Assembly (NCBI GenBank): GCA_943788985.1
Contig: CALSSJ010000013.1
Coordinates: forward strand, 1-64,000
DNA from: an uncultured Lentisphaerales bacterium
GTDB taxonomy: Bacteria > Verrucomicrobiota > Lentisphaeria > JABSQK01 > UBA12247
Direction of reading: 5' to 3'
Length of the DNA: 64,000 nucleotides
Part shown: positions 33,267 to 44,165 of the stretch, one piece after another
How positions within the stretch are numbered: the first letter of the stretch is position 1
How the letters are laid out: each line of letters begins with the position of its first letter
Made by a program: the position numbers and the translations under genes
The notes under the pieces: model-generated
What the model was told of the DNA's origin: nothing
Databases searched by the model: none
What the model saw: only the letters and a program-made list of their open reading frames with translations

Positions 33267-33779
33267 TCAGTAGATGCTGGGATATTCCTTGATAGTGATC
33301 CACTCGCTGGTGACTTCGGACCAGACCTGCATGTAGGCCTTGGCCCCCCGGATCCGCGGCTGGAACAACCGCCGCCCATCTTCGAGCGAGACGACTACCG
33401 GACCCTCGGAAAGATCTGGGACATAACGTGGTGCAGGCCGTGCAGGAGCCACATACGGTGCGGGAGTGATGCAGGGGGCAGGCCGTGCGGGTTGCGAGAC
33501 GTAAACGGTTTCGTGCTGGACCACGGCGGGCTGCCGGCAGTTGTTGCGAAATGGTGACGAACGATGCCGGTACTCGGTGCGGGTCGAGCGGGTTCTGTGG
33601 GTGGCGCGGTGTTGATTGCTGTCCTGGTGCATCTGGCTGAGGACACTCAAGCCAACGACACCAGCAAGTATCTTTCCGGCGGTCGACCATTCGTCGTTTC
33701 CGGCATGGGCGTGTTGGGGAGTGGCGACTGCGGCGAAGAGTACGAGGGCGAGAACGGATGCTGTGAGATTGCGTGTCAT
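33267..33779 (-). CDS. Hypothetical secreted Pro/Arg-rich protein
   Basis: Signal peptide ending AHA, followed by EWSTAGKILAGVVG; has its own terminator. Confidence 0.7.
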   Translation of the reverse strand: MTRNLTASVLALVLFAAVATPQHAHAGNDEWSTAGKILAGVVGLSVLSQMHQDSNQHRATHRTRSTRTEYRHRSSPFRNNCRQPAVVQHETVYVSQPARPAPCITPAPYVAPARPAPRYVPDLSEGPVVVSLEDGRRLFQPRIRGAKAYMQVWSEVTSEWITIKEYPSIY

Positions 33780-33979
33780 TTCGAGGCCTCTTGTTGGGTT
33801 CTTGAAGGTCGGTTCACAGGCCTCTGACGCTCCCCAGGACCAAAGTATTCAACGTCTCAGAAGCTTTTTTGAGATTTTTTTAGTGGCTGATTGCCGCGGT
33901 TTGCGGAGTTCGCACAATTTGCGTGCAAGAATACCGTGCAGGGACAGCTACTTAGCAACACCCAACACGGAGACGAGGT

Positions 33980-35290
33980 ATGGATGACTTTCAGCTCCCT
34001 CCCCCTGACGATCGGTCGTTCCTGAACCGGAAACGACAGGGCGACTACTTCTTACTGATTGTCCTGCTGGTCGCGATCTTCGGCGTATTCTGGATCCTAC
34101 GGCCGTTTCTGAACGCTATCCTCATCGCTGCGGTCTCGGCCACGGTCTGTGCCCCTGTGTATTTGGCTCTGGAGAAGAAGTTGAAGGGACGCAAGAGTAT
34201 TGCCGCCGCGCTCACCTGTGCGATGGCAACCCTGATCATTCTGGGGCCCGTGGGCGGATTCGCCTATACGCTCGTGGACATGGGAGTCGAGCGGTTCGAA
34301 CAAGTCGGGACCTGGGTGGAAGAAGGAAATCTGCAGGAGCTGCCCAAGAACGAGAAGGTAAAGAAGTTTCTAGAGTGGAAGCCAGTTCGCTTTCTCGCCG
34401 ACCGGCTCGACAGGATGGACCTGAGCGAGCTGCAACAATCGGTTGAGAAACTGGGGGATGGCGCGGGCACGCTGCCGGGCGATCCAGACGCCAACGCACC
34501 GCCTGCCGGGGACCTAGATGCGAACGCGCCCCCGATGGCGGCGGTCGGCGACCTGTTTCACATTGACAAGCTCCAAGAGATCGCGCTGTGGGCTGTCAGT
34601 GCTGTGGTCAACGCGCTGCACGAGCAACTGCTGCCCCTGCTGGCGAATGTCGGCTCGCTGCTCTTTAACTTTATCATCATCCTGTTTGTCATGTTCTACT
34701 TTCTCCGGGAAGGAGAGAATGTGGTGAAGTTCCTGATGCGCGTGAGCCCGCTTCCCGATGCCTACGAGCGACGCTTGTTCGAGCGAGCTCGCACCATTGT
34801 GAGCTCAGCAGTTGTCGGCACCGGCCTTACCTCGCTGGCGCAGGGCGTGCTGGGAATGATTGCATTCGCCGTAGTCGGGATTCCGTGGTTTTTCTATGGC
34901 GTACTGATGATGATGACGTCGCTGGTGCCGCTGATTGGTACGGCCCTGGTTTGGCTGCCTTGTGTGGTCTATCTGCTGATTATCGGCGCGACGGGGAAGG
35001 CAATTGGTCTGGCGATCTGGTGTGCCGTGGTGGTTGGCAGTGCGGATAACTTTTTACGGCCGTTCTTTATGAAAGGAGATACTGGGCTGTCCTCCGGCTT
35101 GCTGTTCTTTGCGATTATCGGCGGCGTTCAGGTCTTTGGCCTGATGGGCGTGGTTTACGGGCCATTGATCTTTGGTAGCTGCGCGATCTTACTGCACGTG
35201 TATCAGCTGGAGATGGACCGGGAGGAGCAGTTGGCCTCTGCCTGCGAAGTCGCGCCGCAGGTTCTGCCTGAAGGGACGCCCGATCCATGA
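33980..35290 (+). CDS. AI-2E family transporter
   Basis: PLIGTALVWLP, ADNFLRP, GGVQVFGLMGVVYGP. Confidence 0.9.
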   Translation: MDDFQLPPPDDRSFLNRKRQGDYFLLIVLLVAIFGVFWILRPFLNAILIAAVSATVCAPVYLALEKKLKGRKSIAAALTCAMATLIILGPVGGFAYTLVDMGVERFEQVGTWVEEGNLQELPKNEKVKKFLEWKPVRFLADRLDRMDLSELQQSVEKLGDGAGTLPGDPDANAPPAGDLDANAPPMAAVGDLFHIDKLQEIALWAVSAVVNALHEQLLPLLANVGSLLFNFIIILFVMFYFLREGENVVKFLMRVSPLPDAYERRLFERARTIVSSAVVGTGLTSLAQGVLGMIAFAVVGIPWFFYGVLMMMTSLVPLIGTALVWLPCVVYLLIIGATGKAIGLAIWCAVVVGSADNFLRPFFMKGDTGLSSGLLFFAIIGGVQVFGLMGVVYGPLIFGSCAILLHVYQLEMDREEQLASACEVAPQVLPEGTPDP

Positions 35291-36624
35291 GCGAGCCACC
35301 CAGGGTCTGGACGGTCAGTGAGGTAAGCACTGCGCTTCGGCGGCTGATTGAGAGTCGTGTGCCAGCCATGTGGATCGGCGGTGAGGTGGGCAATCTGACC
35401 ATTCATCGCTCCGGTCACGTCTACTTCACGATCAAGGACGGGGCCAGTCAGCTCAACGCTGTGTTCTTCGATGGCGCAGCCATCGTTAAGCGACTGGGGA
35501 TCGCTCAGGGGGCGCAGGTGGAGGTCTTTGGCAACATGGGCATCTATCCTGCGCGCGGAAGCTACCAGCTCAACGTGCAGACGATGCGGCCCCGGGGAAA
35601 GGGGACGCTCCAGGAGCAATATGAGGCTCGCGTCAAAAAGCTGCGCGCAGAAGGACTGTTCGCCGAGGCAAGGAAGAAGAAGCTGCCTTTGCTCCCCAGT
35701 TGTATTGGCATTGTGACCAGCCCTGATGGCGCGGCGCTGCGGGATTTCCTGCAGGTGTTGGAGCGGCGCACCGCGGGCCTGCATGTGCGACTCGCGCCAA
35801 CGGCGGTGCAAGGGGAGGGAGCGGCCGATGCGATCGTGCAGGCACTGGCCGATCTGGTGCACCACGGCGACTGTGACGTGATCGTGATCACTCGTGGCGG
35901 CGGCAGCACCGAGGATCTCTGGGAATTCAATAACGAACGCTTGGCGCGGACCATCGCCCGGTGCCCGGTGCCGGTGATCAGCGCAGTCGGACACGAAGTG
36001 GACCACACGGTTGCAGATTTCGTCGCGGATGTTCGAGCGCCGACCCCGTCGGCAGCCGCCGAGTTGGTTTCGCCCGAGCATGCGGAGCTGGCAGCCACTG
36101 TGGGCGCTGCTCGTGACCGGCTGGTGCGAGCCATGGTCTGGGCCGTGCAGGTACGCCGTGGCCGCCTGGACAGCCTGGCCAATCACTTTGTGATGCGGCG
36201 TCCGCAGGCGCTGGTGGAGCTCTATTGCCAACGGCTGGACGAGCTCAGCCTGCGGCTAGCGCAAGGCGCGCGGCAGAGTATGCGCATCAAGCGGCATCAG
36301 CTGGAGCAACTGTCGGCCATGCTGCAGGCACGGGTGCGCTCGCTGGCAACAGGTCGCGAGCGCGAGAAGATCGTTGCATATGAGCAGCGGCTGGCAATGG
36401 CGCTGCAGCGCGCTCCGGAGCGCGCCACGGAGCGGCTGTCCTCGCTTGTGCAACAGCTTGAGTTACTGAGTCCGCAACGGGTGTTGGACCGCGGCTATGC
36501 GATCTTGCAGACGCCGGAAGGCCAGGCCGTGCGCGCGGCAGACGAAGTAGCCGTGGGAGACAGGCTACGAGCCCGGCTGGCTGATGGGGCGCTTACAGTC
36601 GAAGTCCAGCCTGCGACCGACTGA
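35287..36624 (+). CDS. xseA: Exodeoxyribonuclease VII large subunit
   Basis: SGHVYFTIKD, RGGGSTEDLWEFN, SAVGHEVD, APTPSAAAE, VLDRGYA. Confidence 0.96.
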   Translation: MSEPPRVWTVSEVSTALRRLIESRVPAMWIGGEVGNLTIHRSGHVYFTIKDGASQLNAVFFDGAAIVKRLGIAQGAQVEVFGNMGIYPARGSYQLNVQTMRPRGKGTLQEQYEARVKKLRAEGLFAEARKKKLPLLPSCIGIVTSPDGAALRDFLQVLERRTAGLHVRLAPTAVQGEGAADAIVQALADLVHHGDCDVIVITRGGGSTEDLWEFNNERLARTIARCPVPVISAVGHEVDHTVADFVADVRAPTPSAAAELVSPEHAELAATVGAARDRLVRAMVWAVQVRRGRLDSLANHFVMRRPQALVELYCQRLDELSLRLAQGARQSMRIKRHQLEQLSAMLQARVRSLATGREREKIVAYEQRLAMALQRAPERATERLSSLVQQLELLSPQRVLDRGYAILQTPEGQAVRAADEVAVGDRLRARLADGALTVEVQPATD

Positions 36625-36677
36625 CTGCCAGGCCCGAAAGGCGTGTTCGCAGCAGAGGCGAGTTTATTAACGGGCTG

Positions 36678-37664
36678 TTAGGAGGTGAGGCCCGCGTCTT
36701 GCAGAGCAGTCCAGAAGTCATCCGGAATAGTCTCGGTGACAAAGCGTACGTTTTCCGCTACGCGCTTCGGATTGCTGCTGTTTAGCGCCAGAGCAGCGAC
36801 GCCTTCGGGCCGGATTCCGAATTGGCAACAGGCGTGAGGGGCGGAGACATTGTGGGTCTTGCACAGGGCCAAAAACGCATCGCGCCAGGCGAATTGCTGC
36901 GGGTGTGTCTCAGGCGTGATTTCACAGTAATCAAAGAAGCGCCCACCGATCAGAAAGCCTGCGTTGAACACGGCGGAGTTTACCACCACGATCCCGTCTG
37001 CGTGAAGGGCAGCAATGAGTTCTTCCACTCCTTTTGGGTGGTCGTAGATCGTGTAGCTGTTTGCGATCATCACCCAATCAAGGTCCACACCGTCCTGGTG
37101 GAGGCGACGGATCACGCGCCAGTCCTTGGAGCCGACGCCCACACCGGTGGCCTGACCAGAATCGCGGAGTTCGCAAAGCGCCCTGTATGCGCCCCGAACG
37201 TCTGCGTAGCGGGCGTCTGCTTCATCGTCAGACTTAGCCGCGGCCAGATACTCGTCTGGGTCATGGACGGACAGCAAGTCGGCGTTGTAGTCTCCGAGAA
37301 GGGCATTGCCCTGTTCCCAGCAGTCGAGGATGCCATCATAGCTAATCGCTGCCTCGGCATCGTGCTTGAGGCCAAACCAGGCCCCCTTCTCAAACGTGGG
37401 CTCGGGGGTCGTCAATGGCTTGCGCTTCCAGCCTAGCTTATTGCTGATCGTGACTGCTTCGGGCGCTATGCCCAACTGGGCAAGCTTCTCGCCGATCATC
37501 TCCAAGGCCAGCCCAGCGCCATATTTTCCGGCGCTGTCGATCACCGGATTCGGCTGTTCCTTCAGCCAGTTCCGCACGATAGCCAGTTTTGTTTCGTCCG
37601 GGACAACTTCAAAGAGGTTGCCTAGGGCGCTCGAGCCAAAGACGATAGGGGGAAGAGATTGAAT
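36678..37664 (-). CDS. Aldo/keto reductase (D-threo-aldose 1-dehydrogenase-like)
   Basis: [36 protein letters not shown]; start uncertain (ATT at 37664 after GGAG, or TTG at 37685). Confidence 0.85.
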   Translation of the reverse strand: MQSLPPIVFGSSALGNLFEVVPDETKLAIVRNWLKEQPNPVIDSAGKYGAGLALEMIGEKLAQLGIAPEAVTISNKLGWKRKPLTTPEPTFEKGAWFGLKHDAEAAISYDGILDCWEQGNALLGDYNADLLSVHDPDEYLAAAKSDDEADARYADVRGAYRALCELRDSGQATGVGVGSKDWRVIRRLHQDGVDLDWVMIANSYTIYDHPKGVEELIAALHADGIVVVNSAVFNAGFLIGGRFFDYCEITPETHPQQFAWRDAFLALCKTHNVSAPHACCQFGIRPEGVAALALNSSNPKRVAENVRFVTETIPDDFWTALQDAGLTS

Positions 37665-37839
37665 AGTGACTCCAGAAATATCCAAAAAAATGGCTGAGTG
37701 AGCGAAACGCAAAAGGAACTGTACATTCTTGCGCTGGATGTGTCGGAAGGCTGCCCCACGCTGGCGCGGTGATTGCGTACCCGGAATTCTCGGTGGCTGC
37801 GGTTGCGGCCGATTTAATAAGACGCATGGAGGCAGACCA

Positions 37840-39516
37840 TTGAAGACATTCACCATCCAGGAAATTCAGGGTCCGGGACTGAAATCGCCGATTGGTGGGC
37901 AGACCGTTCGCACCCGAGGCCTCATCACCGGTTTTAGCCGCCGTGGTTTCTTTATCCAAGATCCCGAGCCCGATGCTAACTCCGCAGCTTCCTGCGGGCT
38001 GCTGGTCTTTGGCCACCACAAACGCGCGGGCCTGGGGCAGCTGGTGCGTGTGACGGGAAAGGTCGTGAACTATGAGCGCGCCACCGGAGACAAGCCTGCC
38101 ACGCAGATTCTGCTGCGGGATCTTGACTTGAGTGAAGAGCAGGTTCCGGAGATTGAGCCGGTCTGGCTGACCGCAGAGTTGCTGACGGATGACGCCGCAC
38201 TCCTTGCGGAGCGCCTGAACGCCTTGGAGGGAATGCTGGTGGGACTACGGGCGGGAGCCACGTTTATCGCCCCCAGTAACCCGTTCGGCGACTATGTGGT
38301 TCTGCCGCATGGTGCGGATCGCACGAGGCAGCATGAATGTGGCGGAATCGTGATTGCGCCGAGCAATCCGCACCGTTGGTTTCCCGGTTTCCGTGTGATC
38401 GAGTACCACCAAGCACCGCGTGTGAACGTGGGGGCACGGCTGCTTGCTGCGGTGACCGGGCCATTAAACTTTCGTAGCAGCTCGTACCAAATCGCGGCAA
38501 CTGGCCGGATTGAGGTGGAGCCCAGGATTGTCTCGCGTGCGATGTCCGCATTGGCCCCCACTGAGGACGCGATTACCGTGCTTACGCTCAATGGCTTCAA
38601 CCTGGACGTACACGTGGAGCGCCGGGCATATGTGAATGACCCCAAGCGTGATGTCGACGATGATGTGGGGGATGGCCGCTTTCGGGCGCTCGCACAGGCC
38701 ATTGTCGAGCAGGCGGGCTCCCCCGACATTGTCGCCCTCCAAGAGATTCAGGATAATGATGGTGCTGAAATCACGGAAACCACGCGTGCCGACCAGACCT
38801 ATCTGCGGCTGATTGCCGATGTCCGCAAAGTTGGTGGGCCGAACTATGCTTGGACGGATCTGCGCCCTGAGCGGGAATCTGATGGCGGGCAGCCAGGTGG
38901 AAACATCCGCTGTGGCTTTCTCTACAATCCGGCTCGCGTCTCATTAGTGGAGGGCTCGGTCCAACGCCTCGGCGTCCACGCGCCAGCGTTCCGCGACTCG
39001 CGAAAGCCCCTGGCTGCAACATTTCTGACGCCGGATGGGGGAGCGCTGCTGCTGGTGAATGTGCACTTCGCGTCTAAGCGGCACCAGATAGGCCCATTTT
39101 CGCCGGACAAGCCTGGCTTCGACCCAAAGCTGAAGATGCGCATCGAGCAGTGCGAGCTCATTCGTGAATTCATCTTGCCGCATCATCACGCTGGTGCCGA
39201 CTACTACATCACTGGCGACTTCAATGACTTCGAGTTCAGTCAGCCACTCGCGGTGGTGATGGGGGACGAAAGCGTAAATCTCGTCGAGACACTTCCGGAG
39301 TTAGACCGCTTTGACTATAATCATCGCGGGAAGCTGCATGCGCTGATGCACGGCGTGGTCTCACGGCAGCAGTTGGCGGAGGGCCGTGCCGAGTATGAGA
39401 TCCTGCATGGCAACGAATTGACTGGTGTGTCACCGGGCGCAATGGGCACCAAACCTAGCGACCACGCCTACGTGATCGCCCGTCTTCAGTTGAAGCCGGC
39501 GACTTCGAGCCGCTAA
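37840..39516 (+). CDS. Endonuclease/exonuclease/phosphatase family protein with OB-fold (ExeM/YhcR-like)
   Basis: [39 protein letters not shown] start after GGAGG. Confidence 0.88.
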   Translation: MKTFTIQEIQGPGLKSPIGGQTVRTRGLITGFSRRGFFIQDPEPDANSAASCGLLVFGHHKRAGLGQLVRVTGKVVNYERATGDKPATQILLRDLDLSEEQVPEIEPVWLTAELLTDDAALLAERLNALEGMLVGLRAGATFIAPSNPFGDYVVLPHGADRTRQHECGGIVIAPSNPHRWFPGFRVIEYHQAPRVNVGARLLAAVTGPLNFRSSSYQIAATGRIEVEPRIVSRAMSALAPTEDAITVLTLNGFNLDVHVERRAYVNDPKRDVDDDVGDGRFRALAQAIVEQAGSPDIVALQEIQDNDGAEITETTRADQTYLRLIADVRKVGGPNYAWTDLRPERESDGGQPGGNIRCGFLYNPARVSLVEGSVQRLGVHAPAFRDSRKPLAATFLTPDGGALLLVNVHFASKRHQIGPFSPDKPGFDPKLKMRIEQCELIREFILPHHHAGADYYITGDFNDFEFSQPLAVVMGDESVNLVETLPELDRFDYNHRGKLHALMHGVVSRQQLAEGRAEYEILHGNELTGVSPGAMGTKPSDHAYVIARLQLKPATSSR

Positions 39517-39529
39517 GCCCCCGGTGAGT

Positions 39530-40069
39530 TCAGTGGGCCTTGTGCATGAAGTAGGTACCAAGAGCGATCGTAAAAATCGCGATAGCCAGGTACAGCAACT
39601 CCAACGGGGTGGTGAACTCCGCTGCCAGAACCAGCTTGAAGAACTTCACAATCAGAACCATGATCACCACCTTGATGATCCGATTTTTGAGTTCGTCCAG
39701 ATCGCGAATTTCCAGGATGTTAAGATCGGTGTTGCGTCTGCCCACATCTATCTTGGAAATAAAGAGCTCGTAGATCCCAAAACTGAAGATCAACAGGACC
39801 ACCCCGATTAGATATAAATCGATGGCACCGATGAGCTTGCCGAGCAATTCGTTGACCTTGGCGTCATTCAGGGGCCAGTAGCTGAACATCTTGCCCACCT
39901 GGCCAAGAATCAGGGAGCTGCCCACAATAAACATCAAGAGTGCCCCTAGCAAGCTGCACAATACTGCAGGAAACACCACAAAGCGCGTATTCCAGAGCCC
40001 GTTCTCGAAGGTTTTCTCGAGCTGGCTGATTTGTGGTTCGTTGGTACTGCCTTGGTCGATCTGATCCAC
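39530..40069 (-). CDS. YqhA family (UPF0114) membrane protein
   Basis: IDLYLIGVVLLIFSFGIYELFISKID, LDELK. Confidence 0.88.
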   Translation of the reverse strand: MDQIDQGSTNEPQISQLEKTFENGLWNTRFVVFPAVLCSLLGALLMFIVGSSLILGQVGKMFSYWPLNDAKVNELLGKLIGAIDLYLIGVVLLIFSFGIYELFISKIDVGRRNTDLNILEIRDLDELKNRIIKVVIMVLIVKFFKLVLAAEFTTPLELLYLAIAIFTIALGTYFMHKAH

Positions 40070-40483
40070 TTGTTACCTCATCGTCTGCGGCTAAAAATTC
40101 GTAACCTAGCGGCTACCGAGCGCACGGCGCGCAGGCAATGCGTGATTGTAGACGGTACAAATTCGTCCCAGGACGGTAACCGCTATTTTCTTGCGCGGTC
40201 GTCTGCTTGCGCTGGGTGGGATCTGGATGGCAGTGTTTGGGGTGGATACAAGTCTGGTCTTGTGGGATGGCGGCGTGAAATGAGGCTGCGATGATGGGAA
40301 TGGTAGTGTGAGATGATTTGTGCGGAGGACTGCGCCCCGCATGAGAACGAACTTCTCTAGGGCGTATACCATAACGCCGCTGTGTTCACTAGCACGCGCA
40401 GCAACCTTCTCGGGGCTCCTGCCACTCCAGAGCGAGTTCACCGACAATGTCTGCACTTTCTGGCTAAAAACCACGCTTCATTT

Positions 40484-40641
40484 GGAGCAAAAGAGCCGCA
40501 GCCCTACGGGAAGGGGCGGCGAACGGCCATCTGCGACGTTGCCTGTCGCACACCTCGCTAAGGGTACGCGCCGCTCCACACGCCTGGCATCTAACCATCC
40601 GGCGCTCCCGCCAAAATGTAGCGTCAATTCCGCATGGGCCC
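40484..40641 (-). mobile_element. Partial, inverted, diverged copy of the 55856-56130 MITE
   Basis: accatccggcgctcccgccaaaatgta..ttccgc.tgggccc is the reverse complement of the MITE left half. Confidence 0.85.
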
Positions 40642-40984
40642 TTGGTCAACAGCTCGGAACATCAAGAGGCCAAAGCAGAGCCAAAAACCAAAATAGACGC
40701 CTGCCTGATTGAGGGAGGCGACTCCTCCTTACTACGCGAAGCATGTCCCCGAGCTTGGCAGCTTCGCCGACGGGTTCCAATAGCCAACGCAGACCGCCCG
40801 ACGGGCAGGGCACGCCCAACTGGATCGGGAGCGAAGCGCCAATCTCCAGTTTCCAAGTGAGGGCCGTAGGAAGCGTGCTCCACGCCGTTGGATATTGGAC
40901 ACATCGACTCGATGCAGCTACTGTTCCCGGGAAGGGCCTGGCATTTAAACCTAGCTGAGTGACCCTACACCGAAGGATCGAATT

Positions 40985-41485
40985 ATCCCACTATTTGAGC
41001 ATATCCGGCACCAACCTCCACGCACGCTGACGCAGGAAAGACCGTTGATGATCGCCTGTTGTCCCTTGCGTAGCCATGTGAATCTATCGACTATTATTCG
41101 GACGGCGGGCTGCAGCGGCGTCCGCGACGTGATCGCTACAGGTGCCGCCAAGCTGGTGAACAAGATCACGCGTGACGGTGCCGAGCATGTGACGCTGACG
41201 GTTCGCAACAGCCTACCGCCGGTGCTAAGGGAACTGAAGCAGCAAGGCTTTACGCTTGTGGGGCTGGAGCAGACGACAAATTCCACCCTGCTTTGCGAAT
41301 ACGCCTTTCCGCGCGAATCTGTGATCGTTGTGGGCTCCGAGCGCGAAGGTCTGTCAGATGCCTGCCTGGCACTGTTAGACGCTGTAGTCGAAATTCCCGT
41401 GTGGGGCATGCCCTATTCGTATAACGTGGCCACTGCGACATCGCTGGCGATCTACGAATATTGTCGACAACATCCAGACGGTTGA
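40985..41485 (+). CDS. TrmH/SpoU family RNA methyltransferase
   Basis: NLSTIIRTA, VGLEQT, VGSEREGL, EIPVWG..SYNVATA; the frame extends upstream to ATC 40985. Confidence 0.88.
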   Translation: MPLFEHIRHQPPRTLTQERPLMIACCPLRSHVNLSTIIRTAGCSGVRDVIATGAAKLVNKITRDGAEHVTLTVRNSLPPVLRELKQQGFTLVGLEQTTNSTLLCEYAFPRESVIVVGSEREGLSDACLALLDAVVEIPVWGMPYSYNVATATSLAIYEYCRQHPDG

Positions 41486-42259
41486 GTGCGAACCGTCAGC
41501 CCGATTGGCCGGGTACACGGGGAGAGATAACCCGCCGAACACGCGCAATGACGCCGGAACAATGGCTAGAAGATTAGCAGTAGTGTGCTGTTGCTGGGGC
41601 GCAACCTTTTCGTGTGTTTGCCGGGCAATTTTTCATGCACCATTCGGACAGCCCCTAGCCAGTACGCAGGTCGCATATCACCCCTGAAACAATTAGCCCA
41701 GCCACAACCTCGCGAAGAGCGTGACATATGAACAATAGGCGATGGTGTGCGGTTGACCGCTGGTGGGCCGCTGGTTTCCATCCTGTGATCCTGTCAAAAA
41801 GCAGCCAATGGCTGACATTCGATTGTAACTGGTCGGAGGATTGGGGACGTTTTACCAGTGATCGCGGTGGTCACTCTGCGGGAGGTCACCAATCTGATCG
41901 TGGCGTTTGGCTCGGTGCTAGTGGGGAAGCCGCTGATTAGCCGAAGTTTGGGGAGGTGGACGGTCTTCGTAGTTGCTCCGAGATCTCTGCTATTTACCGT
42001 GGCGTCGGTAAAAATTTCACTGACCGAGGACTGGCCCATTCTGGTTGAATTAGTGGTCGCGGGTTGGGACTGGACTGATGAGCTGGCCAAGTATAGGCAA
42101 CAAAGGAGCTCGGCTAATCGAAGGATTGAGCGGGCTTGGAAAACCAGAATCTCTCTTCGCACGGCTGCTTCGGGTTCTCTTTTGCGTTTTTCAGGCTATA
42201 CTGATAGTCTCATCAGGGGCGCACCCTGCGCAATCACAAAGACACAGGAAGACAGAGAC

Positions 42260-42910
42260 ATGGCACAGCTGAAAACCACATTACTCGCAGTTCTCGTATG
42301 TATTGCCACAATGAGCCTAGTTTCTGGTTGCGGTAGTAAAGAAAAGCCAGCCGACACGCGAGCAAGCCAGACAGGTGATACTGGAGACGCTGCAGCTCAA
42401 GCAGAGGCCGTAGCCGCGAAGGCCCAGGCAGAATCCGAGGCGCTTGACGCTGCCGCAGAAGCCGTCGTACAGAAAGCCGTTCAGGAGGCAGCCGCAGCAA
42501 AGGCCAAGGCTGATGCGGAAGCGATGGCACGCAAGGCAGCTGCAGAAGTAGCTGCACAGAAAGCTGCCCAAGAGGCAGCCGCAGCAACGGCCGCGGAGGA
42601 GGCACGCAAGGCAGCTGCCGCTATCCAAGCAGCCGCTCTGAAAGCCGCACAGGGCAAGTACGATGGTGCACTCGCGGTCATCAATACGTATATTGCCAGC
42701 GGCGACTATCCAGCCGCGCTGAAGGGAATCCAGGACACTCTGTCGCTGTCGAATCTCTCCAACCCTCAGCAGAGTACGCTCAATACCCTCATGGGGACAG
42801 TCAAGGAGAAGATGGCTGCCGCTGCGCTCAAGGAAGCGGGCGTCGACGAAGCCACGCAGAAGGCCGCAACTGGCGCAGCCAAGGCCCTCGGCGGTTTGCT
42901 CAACAAGTAG
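42260..42910 (+). CDS. Ala/Lys/Glu-rich coiled-coil lipoprotein
   Basis: Lipobox VSGC, long low-complexity helical run; ATG 42260. Confidence 0.75.
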   Translation: MAQLKTTLLAVLVCIATMSLVSGCGSKEKPADTRASQTGDTGDAAAQAEAVAAKAQAESEALDAAAEAVVQKAVQEAAAAKAKADAEAMARKAAAEVAAQKAAQEAAAATAAEEARKAAAAIQAAALKAAQGKYDGALAVINTYIASGDYPAALKGIQDTLSLSNLSNPQQSTLNTLMGTVKEKMAAAALKEAGVDEATQKAATGAAKALGGLLNK

Positions 42911-43120
42911 GGCTGCGACAAGGCTCTTCGATCATGCCCCGCACTCGGCGGGGTTTGATTGGAGCACGCCGGAGGTCGTCTAGCATCCTGGCGGACATAG
43001 CGTCGCCGGCTGCAAACCTCCTACATTTGCAATTTTTTCCAGCGATTGCGGTTACTCATTCACGATATGCGCCCTTCAGTCGCTGAAATCTGCACGACAT
43101 TGATACAATTTTTTGCTTCG

Positions 43121-43148
43121 TCGACGACAGACTGCTAGTCTGTATAAT
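43121..43148 (+). promoter_or_regulatory. Sigma70-type promoter with palindrome in the spacer
   Basis: TCGACG-16-TATAAT; CAGACTgctAGTCTG at 43128-43142. Confidence 0.5.
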
Positions 43149-43151
43149 TGA

Positions 43152-43311
43152 CGCGACTGGCTGCACCTCTGATCCGGAGTCACTAGGAATCAGTTTTCGC
43201 CAGCTAGATAAGTTTGTGGGAAGATACGAGGGCCTTTCGGTACTCCACAATACTGGCAACACCTCGCCGATGGCCACCGACGCAGGGCAGGGGAGTTGCC
43301 GAGCCAGCGCG
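43152..43311 (+). ncRNA. 6S RNA-like structured RNA
   Basis: Nested pairings CTGGCT/AGCCAG, GCAcCTC/GAGtTGC, GTC/GAC, a central bubble (43182-43198 vs 43258-43278), then GCCAG/CTGGC and TTGTGG/CCACAA; begins just after TATAAT. Confidence 0.55.
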
Positions 43312-43355
43312 CCTGAGTAGCGTTTGCTGTCCACAATCACCACAGGCTGACTGAT

Positions 43356-44165
43356 ATGCTCGATTATTTGTTCTACGCCTCGCTGCCTTTCGCCTTGGTG
43401 GGCTTGATTGCCTACGGAGTCTTTGGTTCCAATGGCAACGAGCGCATCTTCCGGGTGGCCGCGATGTGCTCGGTTGTTTCGTTTGCTCTGCTGTCTGGAG
43501 CCCTCATCCTGCTTGTCATTCAGCAAGGGACACAGCTGGTCGCCAATTCTGTGGCACGCTACGTCCTGGCTGCCTGGTTCTCGATGTTGGTGAACCTGAT
43601 TGCGGTGCATCGTTTCGGCGTGCGGCTGCTTGGTGCCATCGTCATGCCGGTCTCCTTCCTGTTGCTGTTGCATGCCGTGTTCACGGCGCAAGACCCCATA
43701 CCCACACTGGCGCACGTGCAAGGCCTTCCGGTGTACCTGCATATCATTTTCGTCTTCCTCGGGCTGGCATTAGTCTTGGTCGCGTTCGGCGCTGCGATGC
43801 TGCGGATCTGGAAAGCACGAAATCTGAAGGGCCATCGCCTCGATGATCGCCTTCCCTCTCTGGCTACCTTAGATCGGCAAATGGCGGTGGCCTTCGATGG
43901 TGGTTTTCTGCTGTTGACGCTGGGGGTCTTGCTTGGGTTTGCCTCTGGCTGGATGTGGGATGCGAAAGTCGTGACAGCAGCGATGATTTGGGCCGTTTAT
44001 GCCGGGGTGTTTGTTGCGCACCACTTAGGCCAGTTAGGGTTTGGCGGACTCGCACGGTCGGTCGTTGCACTGTTCCTTGGCATCTCGCTGTCGTTCGTCT
44101 TCGCAGGGCATAGCGATCAGCAGGGCCAGCAGGAAATGCCTGCGGAACAGTCGGAAGCGCCATGA
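43356..44165 (+). CDS. Cytochrome c biogenesis CcsA/HemX-like membrane protein
   Basis: About 8 TM helices, LHI, LPSLATLD, WDAK motif; directly upstream of hemA. Confidence 0.82.
   Translation: MLDYLFYASLPFALVGLIAYGVFGSNGNERIFRVAAMCSVVSFALLSGALILLVIQQGTQLVANSVARYVLAAWFSMLVNLIAVHRFGVRLLGAIVMPVSFLLLLHAVFTAQDPIPTLAHVQGLPVYLHIIFVFLGLALVLVAFGAAMLRIWKARNLKGHRLDDRLPSLATLDRQMAVAFDGGFLLLTLGVLLGFASGWMWDAKVVTAAMIWAVYAGVFVAHHLGQLGFGGLARSVVALFLGISLSFVFAGHSDQQGQQEMPAEQSEAP

Noticed and set aside
35203..36231. 342-aa minus-strand ORF and similar long antisense ORFs (e.g. 28426-29727, 19991-20842)
   Set aside because: Shadow frames of well-supported genes in high-GC DNA.
41858..42259. N-terminal 134 aa of the 350-aa ORF
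   Set aside because: The lipoprotein signal begins at ATG 42260; the upstream part looks like a chance open frame.
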